DNA of 64,000 nucleotides from a bacterium (GCA_963675755.2 CAXXMD010000002.1:1312001-1376000); one strand, 5' to 3'; shown: positions 1-11,277, counted from the stretch's first letter. Made by a program: numbers and translations. The notes: generated from the sequence alone by a model not told the origin.

Positions 1-1069
1 TCCACGGTTCAAAAACAACTTTGAATGCAGCTTTGGGTTGTTGTAATAACAATTCAAACGCGTGTTCAAATTCCGCCAGCGGAAATGTATGGGTAATCCA
101 TTTACTTACATCCAGTTTACCGCTATTAAGTAATTGATAAGCTCTGACAAGATCAGAGTAAAAAGCATTGGAGGATGTGGTCAACGTACGTTCAGAACCG
201 AGTGCCATGGCATTCATATTTACCGGAGTATCATGCACTGCCAGGTTGACCCAGGTGCCTCCTTCTTCAAGCAAAGGTAAAAGGGATTGTATCATTTCAC
301 CGGAACCAACGGAATCAAAAACCGCGGTAAATTTTATATTTTTCTCAAGCAGATATTCGTCTAGATCAACCTTTGCAGGATCAATCACCTTAAACTGTGG
401 ATAATTTGCCAAAACGTTTTGCGCAATAGGTGATGGATCAGATATGTAAACGGAAACATTCTTGTACGTTTCAACAACCTGTGCAATTCCGATTCCTGCT
501 GGGCCGCCTCCAATGCACAATACATTCGCTCCGTCATAGACTTTAGCTCTTTCGGAAACATGTACTGCAACGCATAATATATCCGCCATGGCTGCTGATG
601 CAAAATCCAGGTTATCGTCAAGTGGATGTAACAGATCCGCCCAACCCAGACAATACTCGGCATAGGCACCGGGATAATAGTCCATATCTCCCCAACCCTG
701 TGCATGACCAATATGTATCATATTCCTGCATAAATTCTCACGACCGGTTGTACAAAATGCGCAAGTACCACAAACCCGATAAGATTGGACACCTACTCGT
801 TTTCCAATCCAATGCTCATGTTCAGAGGAATTCACAGCCTCGACAATACCCGAAAATTCATGTCCCATAACCATGTTGGCAGGATTGTCCACATGTTTAC
901 CCAGGGTATGCAGTGCCCAGGGATTCTCTCCCGCCCAGTAACGCAAATCACTTCCACAGATACCACACGCTTCCACCCGGATCAAAACATGGTTCTTTTC
1001 TGTCATAACCGGTTTGGGGATATCCAATAGTTGGAGTGTTTTAGGTTTCGTCAATACAACTGCTTGCAT
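1..1069 (-). CDS. Zinc-dependent medium-chain alcohol/sugar dehydrogenase (3' end runs off the window)
   Basis: Not in the ORF track. Manual translation from ATG 1069: MQAVVLTKPK...EACGICGSDLRY...MGHEFSG...ITHTFPLAEFEHAF...AFKVVFEPW, giving the MDR Zn motifs C-G-S-D and GHE. Confidence 0.9.
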   Translation of the reverse strand, partial: MQAVVLTKPKTLQLLDIPKPVMTEKNHVLIRVEACGICGSDLRYWAGENPWALHTLGKHVDNPANMVMGHEFSGIVEAVNSSEHEHWIGKRVGVQSYRVCGTCAFCTTGRENLCRNMIHIGHAQGWGDMDYYPGAYAEYCLGWADLLHPLDDNLDFASAAMADILCVAVHVSERAKVYDGANVLCIGGGPAGIGIAQVVETYKNVSVYISDPSPIAQNVLANYPQFKVIDPAKVDLDEYLLEKNIKFTAVFDSVGSGEMIQSLLPLLEEGGTWVNLAVHDTPVNMNAMALGSERTLTTSSNAFYSDLVRAYQLLNSGKLDVSKWITHTFPLAEFEHAFELLLQQPKAAFKVVFEPW

Positions 1070-1077
1070 ATTATCCT

Positions 1078-3516
1078 TTATTCTGTTACAGCGGCATCTA
1101 TAAAGCCATGATAACGTCCCATCCAATAGGCCAACAACCAGGATGCTCCATCATCTTCATTCTTACCGTTTCCGCCGCTATCGGGGTAATAGGGATTTTT
1201 GTTCCATTTATTAAAATTCGTTTCATCCGCAGGGAGAACAGTAATCAATTGGGGCTTGTCAAACCGGTCTTTACGGGGATTAAAAATCACATCGGTCCGG
1301 TTACTGTTGACCATTTTCCATTGACGCCTGTCCGTAGGAATTTGTCTCAAATTCGTAACCGCACTTTTAATATCAACAAAATCAGGATCAATGGTAGCAG
1401 CAGCAAAATAGAAAAAAGCAGAACCATCGGTCCACAAGGTTTTATAATGTCTTCGCACGGCACGTTGTAACGCATTTCTCGCCTTTTCACCTTGCTCCAA
1501 CTGAAGGATGGGGTACAGTGCGCAAAATCCCAATTGATTGTCTGAATGATTATTTTCATCCGGAAAGACTTTTTTCTCCAAAAGCACATTACCCAGATAA
1601 CCATGTTCTGTTATCAACTTGTCATAATGTTCCTTGTATTTGAGATCACCGGTAATATAATAGGTTACTTTGAGAAACGACAAAATCTGTGCGGCATTTA
1701 ATCCGTTTTCAATATAATGTTCCGGATCATCATTCAGGTTTTCCGGATTCCAGAATCCCCATCGGGTACGCTCACCATCCCAGTCAATCAACTGGTAATT
1801 ATGATCTACGATATAATCCATGACAGTACGAATCTGTTCTATAATCAATTCCCGTTCTTCAGGAATAAACTGTGCAATATGTTCCCAATAGGCATAAAAG
1901 GCAAAGAAATGACCATCAATTTCATCACTTGATGTATCACTTTTCCAGATCATTTTACCATCTGGTGTTACCCGCCATTGCGGGCTCTTGTTTTTCTTTT
2001 CAGAAACAGGTAACACGCTGCGAGCAACCAAACCGGGAATGCCGGATGCATTTTGCAGCATGATCATAGAATGCATACTCTGTTTCGCAGATTCAAGATA
2101 ATCAGTCCTGTCAGTTACTGCATATGCCATAGACATGGCAACAACATGATAAGATGTCCATAAACCATCATTATCATTGTCAATTATCACATGCCTGGTG
2201 GGATTCTCTGCATCATCAAATGTACAAGCGGCTACCAGTCCCAGGCGGCGATGGTATTGGTTCAATCGTTTTTCAATAATCTCTGCTTTTTGTTCCAATG
2301 TACGTTCAACAGCACCCAGTTTGCTGATCCCTTTGGTGGTTTTAAAATAAACCGGCATACCACCGTGTGAAATAACAATATCCTGAACAATATCATCTAT
2401 TAAATAATGCTTGCCGGCACGATAATACCACTGACGACCGGAAACATAGGGTTTGTAAAGAATAGCGCCTTCTGAGGTTCCGATCCAGATTCGGTCACTA
2501 TCATCTATAGCCAGACAATTTACAGATTCAACCGGCAGCTCCTGTTTACCACGGATAATCGACCAGGTACCATTACCATCAGCATCCAGCCGACCAAGAC
2601 CAACATGGGTGCCAACCCACAATGTTCCTCTAGAGTCAAATGCAAGATCTGATATAAAAGAAGCCGGAGGACCGTCAATACCATAACTGTTATGGCGGAC
2701 TGCCGTTTCAGTACCGGCTTTTGCTTTATACAATCCCAGCGTGGTTCCGATCCAGGTTACATTCCCGTTTTGCGCAATAGATGTAATCTGTTTCAGGTTC
2801 ACAGGCAGATCAAAAGTAAACTGACCAACATCCTGCTTTTGTGAAAACAGTTTTTCTACCTGCTTCAACTCTTCTTTGTCCGGGGATTGTCGAACATGTT
2901 CAACAAAAAGAGTATCCTGGACAGGAATATATTCAGTAGCATGTGTCATCAGCTCCAGATCATCATCATAATCCAGAGCGGGTACCAAATTGGGTAATTT
3001 ATAGTCACCATCAATCTCAAAGGGCTGATGAATCCACGCCTCATTGACAATAACGTGTTTCAGTCCTTTATCTGTGTTATAAATCAGGTTTATCTTTTTA
3101 TCTACAGTTTGCAACAGTGAAAAGAACGCATTACAACCATCCGGTTCCAATACACGATATAGCGGCCAGGATTTGCCGCCATTGGGTGATAACCACAAAC
3201 ACAACTGGTTCTCTCCGGTATAACTCCCGGGATTTATAGCCATAACAACATTACCGGATTCCAGCTTGATTATATCCCTTGCAGCATCTGCTATCACTTT
3301 ACGCTGCAATACTGCATATTCATCATAATCCGGAGATTTTTCCACTGTACCCAGATCAATCTTGACCAGAGATCCGTCAGACATTTCAACCAGAACAGGG
3401 GTTTGGTCCTGATTCACATTAACCATATTGACTTTATAATACGGCTGCGCCAGTGAAACCAGCGCACCCGTAATTGACATATAAAATACCAAATAAAAAC
3501 GAACTAGCCTGTACAT
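1078..3516 (-). CDS. Secreted multidomain protein: partial BNR blades + beta-propeller + C-terminal helical (alpha/alpha-barrel-like) putative glycoside-processing domain
   Basis: Signal peptide; Asp-box SPNGGKSW; repeated 'LWVGT/IWIGT' propeller blades; acidic motifs DNDNDGLWT and WKSDTSSDE. Confidence 0.6.
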   Translation of the reverse strand: MYRLVRFYLVFYMSITGALVSLAQPYYKVNMVNVNQDQTPVLVEMSDGSLVKIDLGTVEKSPDYDEYAVLQRKVIADAARDIIKLESGNVVMAINPGSYTGENQLCLWLSPNGGKSWPLYRVLEPDGCNAFFSLLQTVDKKINLIYNTDKGLKHVIVNEAWIHQPFEIDGDYKLPNLVPALDYDDDLELMTHATEYIPVQDTLFVEHVRQSPDKEELKQVEKLFSQKQDVGQFTFDLPVNLKQITSIAQNGNVTWIGTTLGLYKAKAGTETAVRHNSYGIDGPPASFISDLAFDSRGTLWVGTHVGLGRLDADGNGTWSIIRGKQELPVESVNCLAIDDSDRIWIGTSEGAILYKPYVSGRQWYYRAGKHYLIDDIVQDIVISHGGMPVYFKTTKGISKLGAVERTLEQKAEIIEKRLNQYHRRLGLVAACTFDDAENPTRHVIIDNDNDGLWTSYHVVAMSMAYAVTDRTDYLESAKQSMHSMIMLQNASGIPGLVARSVLPVSEKKNKSPQWRVTPDGKMIWKSDTSSDEIDGHFFAFYAYWEHIAQFIPEERELIIEQIRTVMDYIVDHNYQLIDWDGERTRWGFWNPENLNDDPEHYIENGLNAAQILSFLKVTYYITGDLKYKEHYDKLITEHGYLGNVLLEKKVFPDENNHSDNQLGFCALYPILQLEQGEKARNALQRAVRRHYKTLWTDGSAFFYFAAATIDPDFVDIKSAVTNLRQIPTDRRQWKMVNSNRTDVIFNPRKDRFDKPQLITVLPADETNFNKWNKNPYYPDSGGNGKNEDDGASWLLAYWMGRYHGFIDAAVTE

Positions 3517-3526
3517 CTAACTACCA

Positions 3527-6472
3527 TTATTTGTTTTCAACTGATAATTTAAAATCCTGAAACTCTACCCAATAGGGTACCTTGTCGCAAGAACCGCCGG
3601 CAAGACCAATATCGATGGTTTCATTCAAACCGGGCAGGTCATTGGTGTTACGCTCACGGGTCCATGTTTTACCATCCAGACTTACATAACCGGTAAAACT
3701 GTTGCCATGACGGATCAGTTTCAACCAAACCGGGTATTTTATATCTTCGGGCAGGTTGGCACTGCTTGCCTTGTGCATACAACCATCACCAAACTCGTCA
3801 TAGTTAATACCGGCGCGTCCCGGTGTGGTGAACATGAGTACAGAACCCTTACTGCCTGGTTCAGTATCAAAACTTTTTGATATATCATTACGAGCAAACA
3901 ATCCGGTTCTAAACCATTCATGGGTACGGTTGCCAAAGCCATTTACCTTGACTGTTGCAACAAAATTACCTTTAACACCTTTAAAATAAGCAGAAGCATA
4001 TGAATCTTCAGCATGATAAAAATCAGATCCACTTGCCTCTATTTTAATCTTGTTACCCTTTTTGTCTATATCCACTTTATAGGGAAAAGCCGTTCCTGAG
4101 CAATAAACCTTGAAATCCGATTTCTTGATCTTTACTGGTTGATGAGCAAAAACAGACAGTTTCTTTTGCGGACTGTTGCCAATCTGAACGGTATAGTCCC
4201 CGGCCTTGGGCTCTAGTTCAAACTGCACAGAAACCGAGCTGTTGCCATCTATTTTAATCTGTTTTTGTTGTACAGAAGCGCCATTCATCATTAAAACAGC
4301 ATTTACGGACTGATTCGTCCCGGTTTGGTTCAATGCGGTTGAAGATACAGTAATTATCTCACCTTCAGGTATCAAATCATGATCTAGTATCAGCTCTTTA
4401 TAAACAACCGGTACAAAAGCACCCTGAACGTTGACGGATTGATAGGGTGTATCTCCAATTGCTACACGGTGCTCACCCGGTTCAAATAATCGCAATCCAA
4501 ATTCTATAGTACGGGTATTATTTTGTATTACCGGTATGGATTGTGTTTCATAAACTTTTCCATCCAGATAAAGCTGTACCGGCATAATTCCGGTTGCTCC
4601 TGAATTGTGTACCTGTGCAGTGAGTGTCAAAAAAGTACCGGTTTCAATCGTGCCTGACAGTTTTCTACCATTGGCCTGAATTAAAAGATCCTCAACACTG
4701 AATTCAGGTTCGCCCTCTATAATTCCTTGTGGAGAGATTTCAGGAGCTTCAATTACATAGTTATTACGATAAATATTATCAACCAAATTTGCTGCACAGA
4801 GCTTCATTTCACCCTGTTGTAAATTGTAGAAAATATTCTCTTCCGAAATCCAACCGGATGACATGTTATCAAACCAGAAACCTACATTGTCATTAAAATA
4901 ACCGGCAATTACATCATGCACCAGGTTTCTGCGAACAATTGAATCATAGGTCAAACCAGTGGTTTTAATTGCTCCAGAATCATCCGCGTCTTTTTGCACC
5001 TGGTATAAATGATTATACTCTACCCGATACCCACCTTCAACAGATTCTTCAAGATTACGCCAGCCACCAACTTCAATCGCATAACGTCCGCGCGTATAAC
5101 TGAGCACATTATGAGATATGGTTGTAAATTGTGTATTATTGGCGACGATATTTACACCGCCACAATTGGTAATCACATTACGGGATATGGTTGTTTCCCG
5201 GATTATATCACGCCAATCCATGGGATGGGGATTTCCAATCACATGAATTACGCCACTATCAATCATTTCAAATGAATTGTCCAGAATTTTTGTCAGGTAA
5301 CAGCCATCACCCAGAAAAACACCGGTACCCGCAATAGCGCTTAAACGTGAGCCCACCAGTTCGCAGGAATGAGCATATTCCATTGAAACAGCTTTACCCT
5401 TTTCAAGAGTAGATTCAAAGGTCAGACCATAGATACGCAAATTGCGAACAGGCTTATCCGGTGTGCCCTTGATTACAAACAGCTCTTTGAGTTCAGGGAT
5501 TACAAGGTGTGTCTGGTTAGGATTTGTGCCGTTTTCCGGGATGTAACTGAGTTCTTTTTGCTCATTATCATAAAACCATTCTCCCGGAGCATTCAACAGT
5601 TCTTTTACATTTTCAACATAAAATCGGGGTGGTACTATAACAATACCCGGCTGAGGTTTTTCGAGTGTGGCTACACCTTTTTTTACATCAATGCTTTTTA
5701 TTGAATTTAATCCGGCATGCCAGCGCAGCAATAGTTTGATACGGTTACCTTCCAGACCTTCCCAATCATCCAGATCACCTTTGCGAAAATAAAGTTCAGT
5801 ATCTGTTTTGGAAATAACCGGTGGCGTGAAATATTCTTTGTCCGGTGTGCGTGCCAGAATTTGTTTGCGTCCCTCGGCAACCAACATGTTTACCGAACCG
5901 TCTACTTTGGCTGTCCATTGATCACCTTTTTTACTCCAACCGGATACAGGTTTGCCGCCGGAAATAACAGGCTTTTCACCAGGATACGCAGCCCAGGTTA
6001 CATAATGATCTTTGAGTTTGTGATATTCAAATGCCCCTGTAGGAAGGTTTGTTTCAACTCTCTCTCCACCATCAAGAGAGCCGAAAACAACAGGGGCATT
6101 CAAAGTGTAGAATCCATCACGGATTAAAACGAGTATATCTTTGCCTTTTCCCAGTTCATGTGGCGAACCAATCCAGCGTTTCTCCACGGGTTCATCTTTG
6201 GGGAAATAGACTTGTTTTTTTAAATCTCTTACTGCCTGCTGTGCGCGTGTTATCGTTGCAAATGGGCCATCTGTTTTATTTGCATTAGGTTCTGCTAGTG
6301 TGCCGGACCAGGAATCATTCCCATCCGGAGATACATAAAAGTCTGCTGAGGTTTCGGTGTTGGAATACTGCTGCCATTTTTCACCACGTAGCAATTTACC
6401 ATCTGCCAATGTTATAGATGATAAACAAAAGAAAAGAAAAATCCAAACAATTTTAATTTGATTCCGTGTCAT
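3527..6472 (-). CDS. Right-handed beta-helix protein (GH141-like) with CARDB/Ig domains and a C-terminal ConA-like domain
   Basis: FYVSPDGNDSWSG, GPFATI, AAYPGEKPVISGG, ENVKELLNAPGEW, DSGAI, WFDN motifs; C-terminal WLKLIRHGNSFTGYVSLDG. Confidence 0.7.
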   Translation of the reverse strand: MTRNQIKIVWIFLFFCLSSITLADGKLLRGEKWQQYSNTETSADFYVSPDGNDSWSGTLAEPNANKTDGPFATITRAQQAVRDLKKQVYFPKDEPVEKRWIGSPHELGKGKDILVLIRDGFYTLNAPVVFGSLDGGERVETNLPTGAFEYHKLKDHYVTWAAYPGEKPVISGGKPVSGWSKKGDQWTAKVDGSVNMLVAEGRKQILARTPDKEYFTPPVISKTDTELYFRKGDLDDWEGLEGNRIKLLLRWHAGLNSIKSIDVKKGVATLEKPQPGIVIVPPRFYVENVKELLNAPGEWFYDNEQKELSYIPENGTNPNQTHLVIPELKELFVIKGTPDKPVRNLRIYGLTFESTLEKGKAVSMEYAHSCELVGSRLSAIAGTGVFLGDGCYLTKILDNSFEMIDSGVIHVIGNPHPMDWRDIIRETTISRNVITNCGGVNIVANNTQFTTISHNVLSYTRGRYAIEVGGWRNLEESVEGGYRVEYNHLYQVQKDADDSGAIKTTGLTYDSIVRRNLVHDVIAGYFNDNVGFWFDNMSSGWISEENIFYNLQQGEMKLCAANLVDNIYRNNYVIEAPEISPQGIIEGEPEFSVEDLLIQANGRKLSGTIETGTFLTLTAQVHNSGATGIMPVQLYLDGKVYETQSIPVIQNNTRTIEFGLRLFEPGEHRVAIGDTPYQSVNVQGAFVPVVYKELILDHDLIPEGEIITVSSTALNQTGTNQSVNAVLMMNGASVQQKQIKIDGNSSVSVQFELEPKAGDYTVQIGNSPQKKLSVFAHQPVKIKKSDFKVYCSGTAFPYKVDIDKKGNKIKIEASGSDFYHAEDSYASAYFKGVKGNFVATVKVNGFGNRTHEWFRTGLFARNDISKSFDTEPGSKGSVLMFTTPGRAGINYDEFGDGCMHKASSANLPEDIKYPVWLKLIRHGNSFTGYVSLDGKTWTRERNTNDLPGLNETIDIGLAGGSCDKVPYWVEFQDFKLSVENK

Positions 6473-6492
6473 TTTACACTCTCCAGATCTTA

Positions 6493-7644
6493 TTATTCAT
6501 TTTTCACCCAACCTTCAGTGAATGTGACATGTTTAATTGTTTTTACATCATGGCTATACGTAGCATGTAACATTTCATCCCGTGTCTGTATTAATGCGGG
6601 GTAATCATAACGACCTTTATCTGATTTTTCAATTTGTTTTTTCCATTTCCAGGTACTCCCCTCATCATCAGACAGAGAGACTACCAGAGAATTTCTTTCT
6701 TCATCAGTATTATCATTATAGATCAACATTACATTTCCGCTTTTCAGGCGTAAAACCTGAATACCCGCTCCCGGATTCGGAAAATCAGTTTCTGTAACCG
6801 GTCCCCAGGTCATTCCCATATCAGTAGACTCGCTTTTACGAATGCGGTCAATGCCGGAAGAATCCCGAAACCAGGCTACCAGCGTTCCATCCTTACGTTC
6901 CAATGCGGTTGGCTGTTCTATCCCATATCCCAATGCAGGCTTTGAGAACTCCCAGGTATTTCCATTGTCCGGAGTTAAAGCCATTGCAGCCAGTCCAAAT
7001 ATCTCTGATGCCATTGGCAGCAGTAATTTGCCATTAGACAATCTGACAGGACTCGTACGGGTAGTCCACCCCAATCGACGGGCAAGTTGACTCTTTAATT
7101 TGGGTTGGGCTTGTTCGCACATTTTTTGAACTTGCAGATTACTCTTGTTCTGGTCACACAACAGTTCAATAGTTTCATCCAAACCATTGGGAATTACCGG
7201 CAGATCTTTTTGAACATACCAGGTAACCGGAGTGCTAAGATAGTCCGATGAAATTTTGTATCTGAGAAAAGCAGTATCCCAGGGTTCCTCAGGTGCGCCC
7301 AATAGCGTATAATAAAATAACCACAATCGTTCCTGTTCATCTATATACAAACAGGGATTATTATCAGAAAGCATGGGAGTATCTGCCAAAAGGAATGGTT
7401 CTGACCAATCAGTCTTTCCTTTCAGGAGCCTTGCTGCCTGGATATGTACATCCCGGCTTTTATCTGACACGCCTTCATACCAGCATGCCAATAACGAACC
7501 ATCAGGGCACTCTACAATTGAAGATGCATGGGTATGCCCATGCAGTTTTTCATCCGGTTGGAAAATAAATTCTCCCTGAATACCGGATTGAGAAAATAAC
7601 ATAGCAGGCAACAGTACAATAAAAAGTAATAAAAAGCTTTTCAT
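6493..7644 (-). CDS. BNR-repeat sialidase-like (GH33-like) secreted protein
   Basis: Asp-boxes TPDNGNTW, STDMGMTW, SDDEGSTW; EQP and YDYP motifs; start reassigned to MKSFLLL after a GGAGG RBS. Confidence 0.8.
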   Translation of the reverse strand: MKSFLLLFIVLLPAMLFSQSGIQGEFIFQPDEKLHGHTHASSIVECPDGSLLACWYEGVSDKSRDVHIQAARLLKGKTDWSEPFLLADTPMLSDNNPCLYIDEQERLWLFYYTLLGAPEEPWDTAFLRYKISSDYLSTPVTWYVQKDLPVIPNGLDETIELLCDQNKSNLQVQKMCEQAQPKLKSQLARRLGWTTRTSPVRLSNGKLLLPMASEIFGLAAMALTPDNGNTWEFSKPALGYGIEQPTALERKDGTLVAWFRDSSGIDRIRKSESTDMGMTWGPVTETDFPNPGAGIQVLRLKSGNVMLIYNDNTDEERNSLVVSLSDDEGSTWKWKKQIEKSDKGRYDYPALIQTRDEMLHATYSHDVKTIKHVTFTEGWVKNE

Positions 7645-7645
7645 A

Positions 7646-10060
7646 TTACCTCCGATTCTTCGGGTCCCATGGGGGTACAAGGCCTAACTCGTCCGGGGTT
7701 TTGGATATATAATACAGTTCAAATTTCCACCAACTATATCCATGCTCCGGAAAATCTGACAAATACAATGTAACAGCATGATCATTATCTTTTGAAGGCT
7801 GTTCAAGAATAAACGGATGAAATGAACGCGATTGAATATCTACCGGTATAACTGTGCATTCTTCAAGTGGAAGTTTATCGAAAAAATCTGCTCGCATTTC
7901 CTGAATCTGATCATAACGCAAATGTTCAACAATGAGCGAATCAAGCCGAATATGTAACAGATCACGACCATCTACCCTGCCCTGCCAATACATTAATTTG
8001 ACTGCATCGGCTTTATTTTCTTCAAGAATAGAAGCGTATTTTGCCTGCTGGTCATCAATAATCTCATCAATTTCGGTATCATTGGGAGCATGCTTTAATA
8101 CTTTTATTGCAACTTGCGGATCTTTGAGTATTTCTTTAACATTTACCAGCAATTGTTCTGGACCATCAAGACGGTAAATACAATTGGGGGTATTTTTGAA
8201 TGATTGGATTGCAGTGCTTAACTGCATAGCAGTCAATTCCAAAGCCAATCTATTTTTTTCATTTTGCTGGTCGTGATAATTAAAATAGGCAAACAAAGTT
8301 TTTACATAAAAATTATTACTTTCTATTAAACCATATGTCAAATCAACCGAATTTTTGATTTCATGCAGGGTATCTGGCAATTGAGATGCAATAATTTTCA
8401 TTTTTTTACCGAGATCCAAACCATAGTCCAGATACAATAGCGTCTCGGTTTGCCATGGATTACAGCGGTAATATATATTTTTCAGAAATTCCATGTGCTT
8501 CCTGCCGCTGTCCAGTTTAGGCAATCCCTTTGCCGGGAATGTTGTTAATCGCAATTGCAATAAAGAGTTGAACTGCCAATGCGATACGGGTTCAATATAA
8601 ATGCCATATTTATAAGCATTGGGAGACATGAGCAGCAAATCAGTCAGGTGATCTGCATACTCTGTTGAAGCATACAATTTGCTAAAATCCTGGGCAATTT
8701 GACGAATGTCTTCATTCATATTCCAGGATAACCGGTAGACGGTATATGCCGTTAAAGACCAGGTATTCCATTTCATCTGTGATTGCAAACCAAAGTCCGT
8801 TCCCACACAATTAGAGGTCTCACCGGCGAATATGGTACGTAATCCGTTTTGATAATACGCTGCGGGATAGGTTGGAAATATAAAAGCATTATTATGACCA
8901 TGATAATCGAGTGGAGACAATAACACAATCATATTGTGTGGTGTTTGATTAAAAGTGGGATTATAGGGCTGATGAAAATACCGGTCCGTTGTGCTCAGAT
9001 AGGGTGATAAATACAGGTTTCTGACCGGAACATCCTCTGTAAATATACTTTTAAACACCTCAGCCATGGAATGTTGTTCATATGCACTGGTAACCCAGGT
9101 GCGTTGATAGTATATCTTGTCAAATTCACCAACAACAACATTATAGATCTTTTTCACAAAGGTACGATAGCGTTTATCCAGGCTCCAATCGCTCAATGTC
9201 TTGTCATGCATGACATCAAATGCCTTGAAATTACCGCCTACGCGCGTTGCTTCGCCTGTACGCAAACGGATGCCGTCAATTCCCGGCAATGCCTGCAAGA
9301 GGCGTCTATACTTTGCCTGTACGGCATCCCAAAATACAGGATCTTCAGGGTTCAAAGTAGCGCCAAATTCTTTTAACAAGGTGGGATGAAAGGAAAATTC
9401 ATCTTCATAAACGAAATATTTCAGGTGAAGTGTATGGGCATATTCGGCAAGTGCTTTTGCCTCTAGTCGGTTTTTTTCATTTTCAGTTTTCTCGGGTTCT
9501 GCATCCCAAGGTACCAGTTGATTGGCAGAAAAACTGCCCCAAACCCAGGTGGCACCATAGCGCAATGCATTGTGCATATCTTCTTTGGATGCACCACGGG
9601 TAAACCGGATTTTCAAGTCGGGTATACGCAATTCGTTCAACTCGGGCATGTTTCCCTGAATTTTGAGTTGGTCCCAGATGCGATACAAGGCATAAACCTC
9701 AGCAGGGATACTCGCGCCTGCTGTAACGATCACAGTTTTACCACCCAGAAACAGTGTTTTGATCTCATATCCCTGTTCATCAGAGATAGAATCAAGTTTC
9801 AGCTCTTGTTTTTTGACGAGTTTTGCAACAAGCTCATTCCGTTCCGGTGCTCCAACCAGCAGTGTATGATCTGCAAGTTTCATTTTATGGCTTGTAGACA
9901 GATCAATACCAACATCCTCACAAGCGGATTGCAAATCCTGTATTGCTAGTTGAACTGCGGCATCCTGAGCAAGCTCTTTGTCGATAACAATACGCCAGGT
10001 GTTTTGACCGGCATATACTAAACCCGTCAACAGAATGATAAATACTATTCCTGCTCTCAT
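7646..10060 (-). CDS. Secreted putative glycoside hydrolase with a GH20/GH67-type N-terminal domain
   Basis: Signal peptide; N-terminal 'LLVG...QGYEIK...VIVTAG..AEVYALY' pattern; catalytic family not assignable. Confidence 0.55.
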   Translation of the reverse strand: MRAGIVFIILLTGLVYAGQNTWRIVIDKELAQDAAVQLAIQDLQSACEDVGIDLSTSHKMKLADHTLLVGAPERNELVAKLVKKQELKLDSISDEQGYEIKTLFLGGKTVIVTAGASIPAEVYALYRIWDQLKIQGNMPELNELRIPDLKIRFTRGASKEDMHNALRYGATWVWGSFSANQLVPWDAEPEKTENEKNRLEAKALAEYAHTLHLKYFVYEDEFSFHPTLLKEFGATLNPEDPVFWDAVQAKYRRLLQALPGIDGIRLRTGEATRVGGNFKAFDVMHDKTLSDWSLDKRYRTFVKKIYNVVVGEFDKIYYQRTWVTSAYEQHSMAEVFKSIFTEDVPVRNLYLSPYLSTTDRYFHQPYNPTFNQTPHNMIVLLSPLDYHGHNNAFIFPTYPAAYYQNGLRTIFAGETSNCVGTDFGLQSQMKWNTWSLTAYTVYRLSWNMNEDIRQIAQDFSKLYASTEYADHLTDLLLMSPNAYKYGIYIEPVSHWQFNSLLQLRLTTFPAKGLPKLDSGRKHMEFLKNIYYRCNPWQTETLLYLDYGLDLGKKMKIIASQLPDTLHEIKNSVDLTYGLIESNNFYVKTLFAYFNYHDQQNEKNRLALELTAMQLSTAIQSFKNTPNCIYRLDGPEQLLVNVKEILKDPQVAIKVLKHAPNDTEIDEIIDDQQAKYASILEENKADAVKLMYWQGRVDGRDLLHIRLDSLIVEHLRYDQIQEMRADFFDKLPLEECTVIPVDIQSRSFHPFILEQPSKDNDHAVTLYLSDFPEHGYSWWKFELYYISKTPDELGLVPPWDPKNRR

Positions 10061-10084
10061 TTTCCCAACCATTTAATACCCCGA

Positions 10085-11251
10085 TTATTTTTCCATAATC
10101 CAATCCGGTTCTACCGATAGATATTTAATAGCTCTACCCGCTTTAACTTTATATGAATATGTCATGTGCAGCTTGCCATCTTTACCTTGTATAATTGAAG
10201 GATATGAAAACTCGGCATGTCCATCAGCCTGGTATTCAATGTGTCGCTTCCATTTCCAGGTTGCACCTTCATCGTCAGACATGGCTAGTGCTAATGAATG
10301 GCGGCCATGTTCCACATCATTAAATAAATTGACCCAGCGTCCGTCTTTTAATGAAATCACTTCAAGACTTGAACCAGAATTGGGAATATCCGTATCTACT
10401 GCCGGTGACCACGTTTCTCCATCGTCTTTTGAAGTACTAATCAATACGCGGTTCGGCGCATCACCCGCATCCCGCAAATATACAACCAGGGTACCATCTT
10501 TTTTTCGTACAATGGATGGCTGCTCGGGAGCATATCCAACTATAGGTAAACTGGCTCGCCAGGTTTCACCCATATCATCGCTAATTGCTATCAGGCAGGT
10601 ATTGAAACCGTCTGAATACAATGGAAGTAGAATTCTACCTGTTGGAAGCACCAACGGATGTATACGCGTCATCCATCCGGTTTGACGTTTTGCAGGTTCT
10701 TTGGCGGCTTGAATTAAAAGTTCTGTATAGGGCAAGGCATATTCAGCCCACATACCTTCATCACGATTTAAAGCTTTAAAATTTTCTTCAAGTTTATCGG
10801 CAAATGCTTCACCCGGCTGCAACAGCATTATATCCTGCCACTGCCAGTTTGGAGCGCCATCTTTCATATAATCAGTTGTGTACCTGTATTTAAGGATAGA
10901 GTATTGCCATCCCTCTGCCTGAACAGCAATCCAAAACAGCCACAGTTTTTCATCTTTATCAATAAATAAAACAGGATTACAATCCGGCAGATTGGGTGTA
11001 TCTGCCATCAGGAACATGTCGCTCCACTCTGTTTCACCCTTTTTCAAACGGGCACCGTTTACTACAACATCGTTTGCTGTACGCTCACCGGAGCCATGAA
11101 ACCAGCACGCCAACAGATCGCCATTCGGGCATTCAACAATACTGCTGCCATGGGTATGTTTGTCCTGTAGATCAAAGATCAGCTTTTCAACCGGCGCTTT
11201 CCCGAATGATACCGTTGTGATCAAAAATATCAGCAGTACAATTTTCTTCAT
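10085..11251 (-). CDS. BNR-repeat sialidase-like (GH33-like) secreted protein, paralog of 6493-7644
   Basis: HGSSIVECPNG; Asp-boxes SDDMGETW, SKDDGETW, SDDEGATW; FSYP. Confidence 0.8.
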   Translation of the reverse strand: MKKIVLLIFLITTVSFGKAPVEKLIFDLQDKHTHGSSIVECPNGDLLACWFHGSGERTANDVVVNGARLKKGETEWSDMFLMADTPNLPDCNPVLFIDKDEKLWLFWIAVQAEGWQYSILKYRYTTDYMKDGAPNWQWQDIMLLQPGEAFADKLEENFKALNRDEGMWAEYALPYTELLIQAAKEPAKRQTGWMTRIHPLVLPTGRILLPLYSDGFNTCLIAISDDMGETWRASLPIVGYAPEQPSIVRKKDGTLVVYLRDAGDAPNRVLISTSKDDGETWSPAVDTDIPNSGSSLEVISLKDGRWVNLFNDVEHGRHSLALAMSDDEGATWKWKRHIEYQADGHAEFSYPSIIQGKDGKLHMTYSYKVKAGRAIKYLSVEPDWIMEK

Positions 11252-11277
11252 GGTACAACCTCCGATGTTTTTTATAA

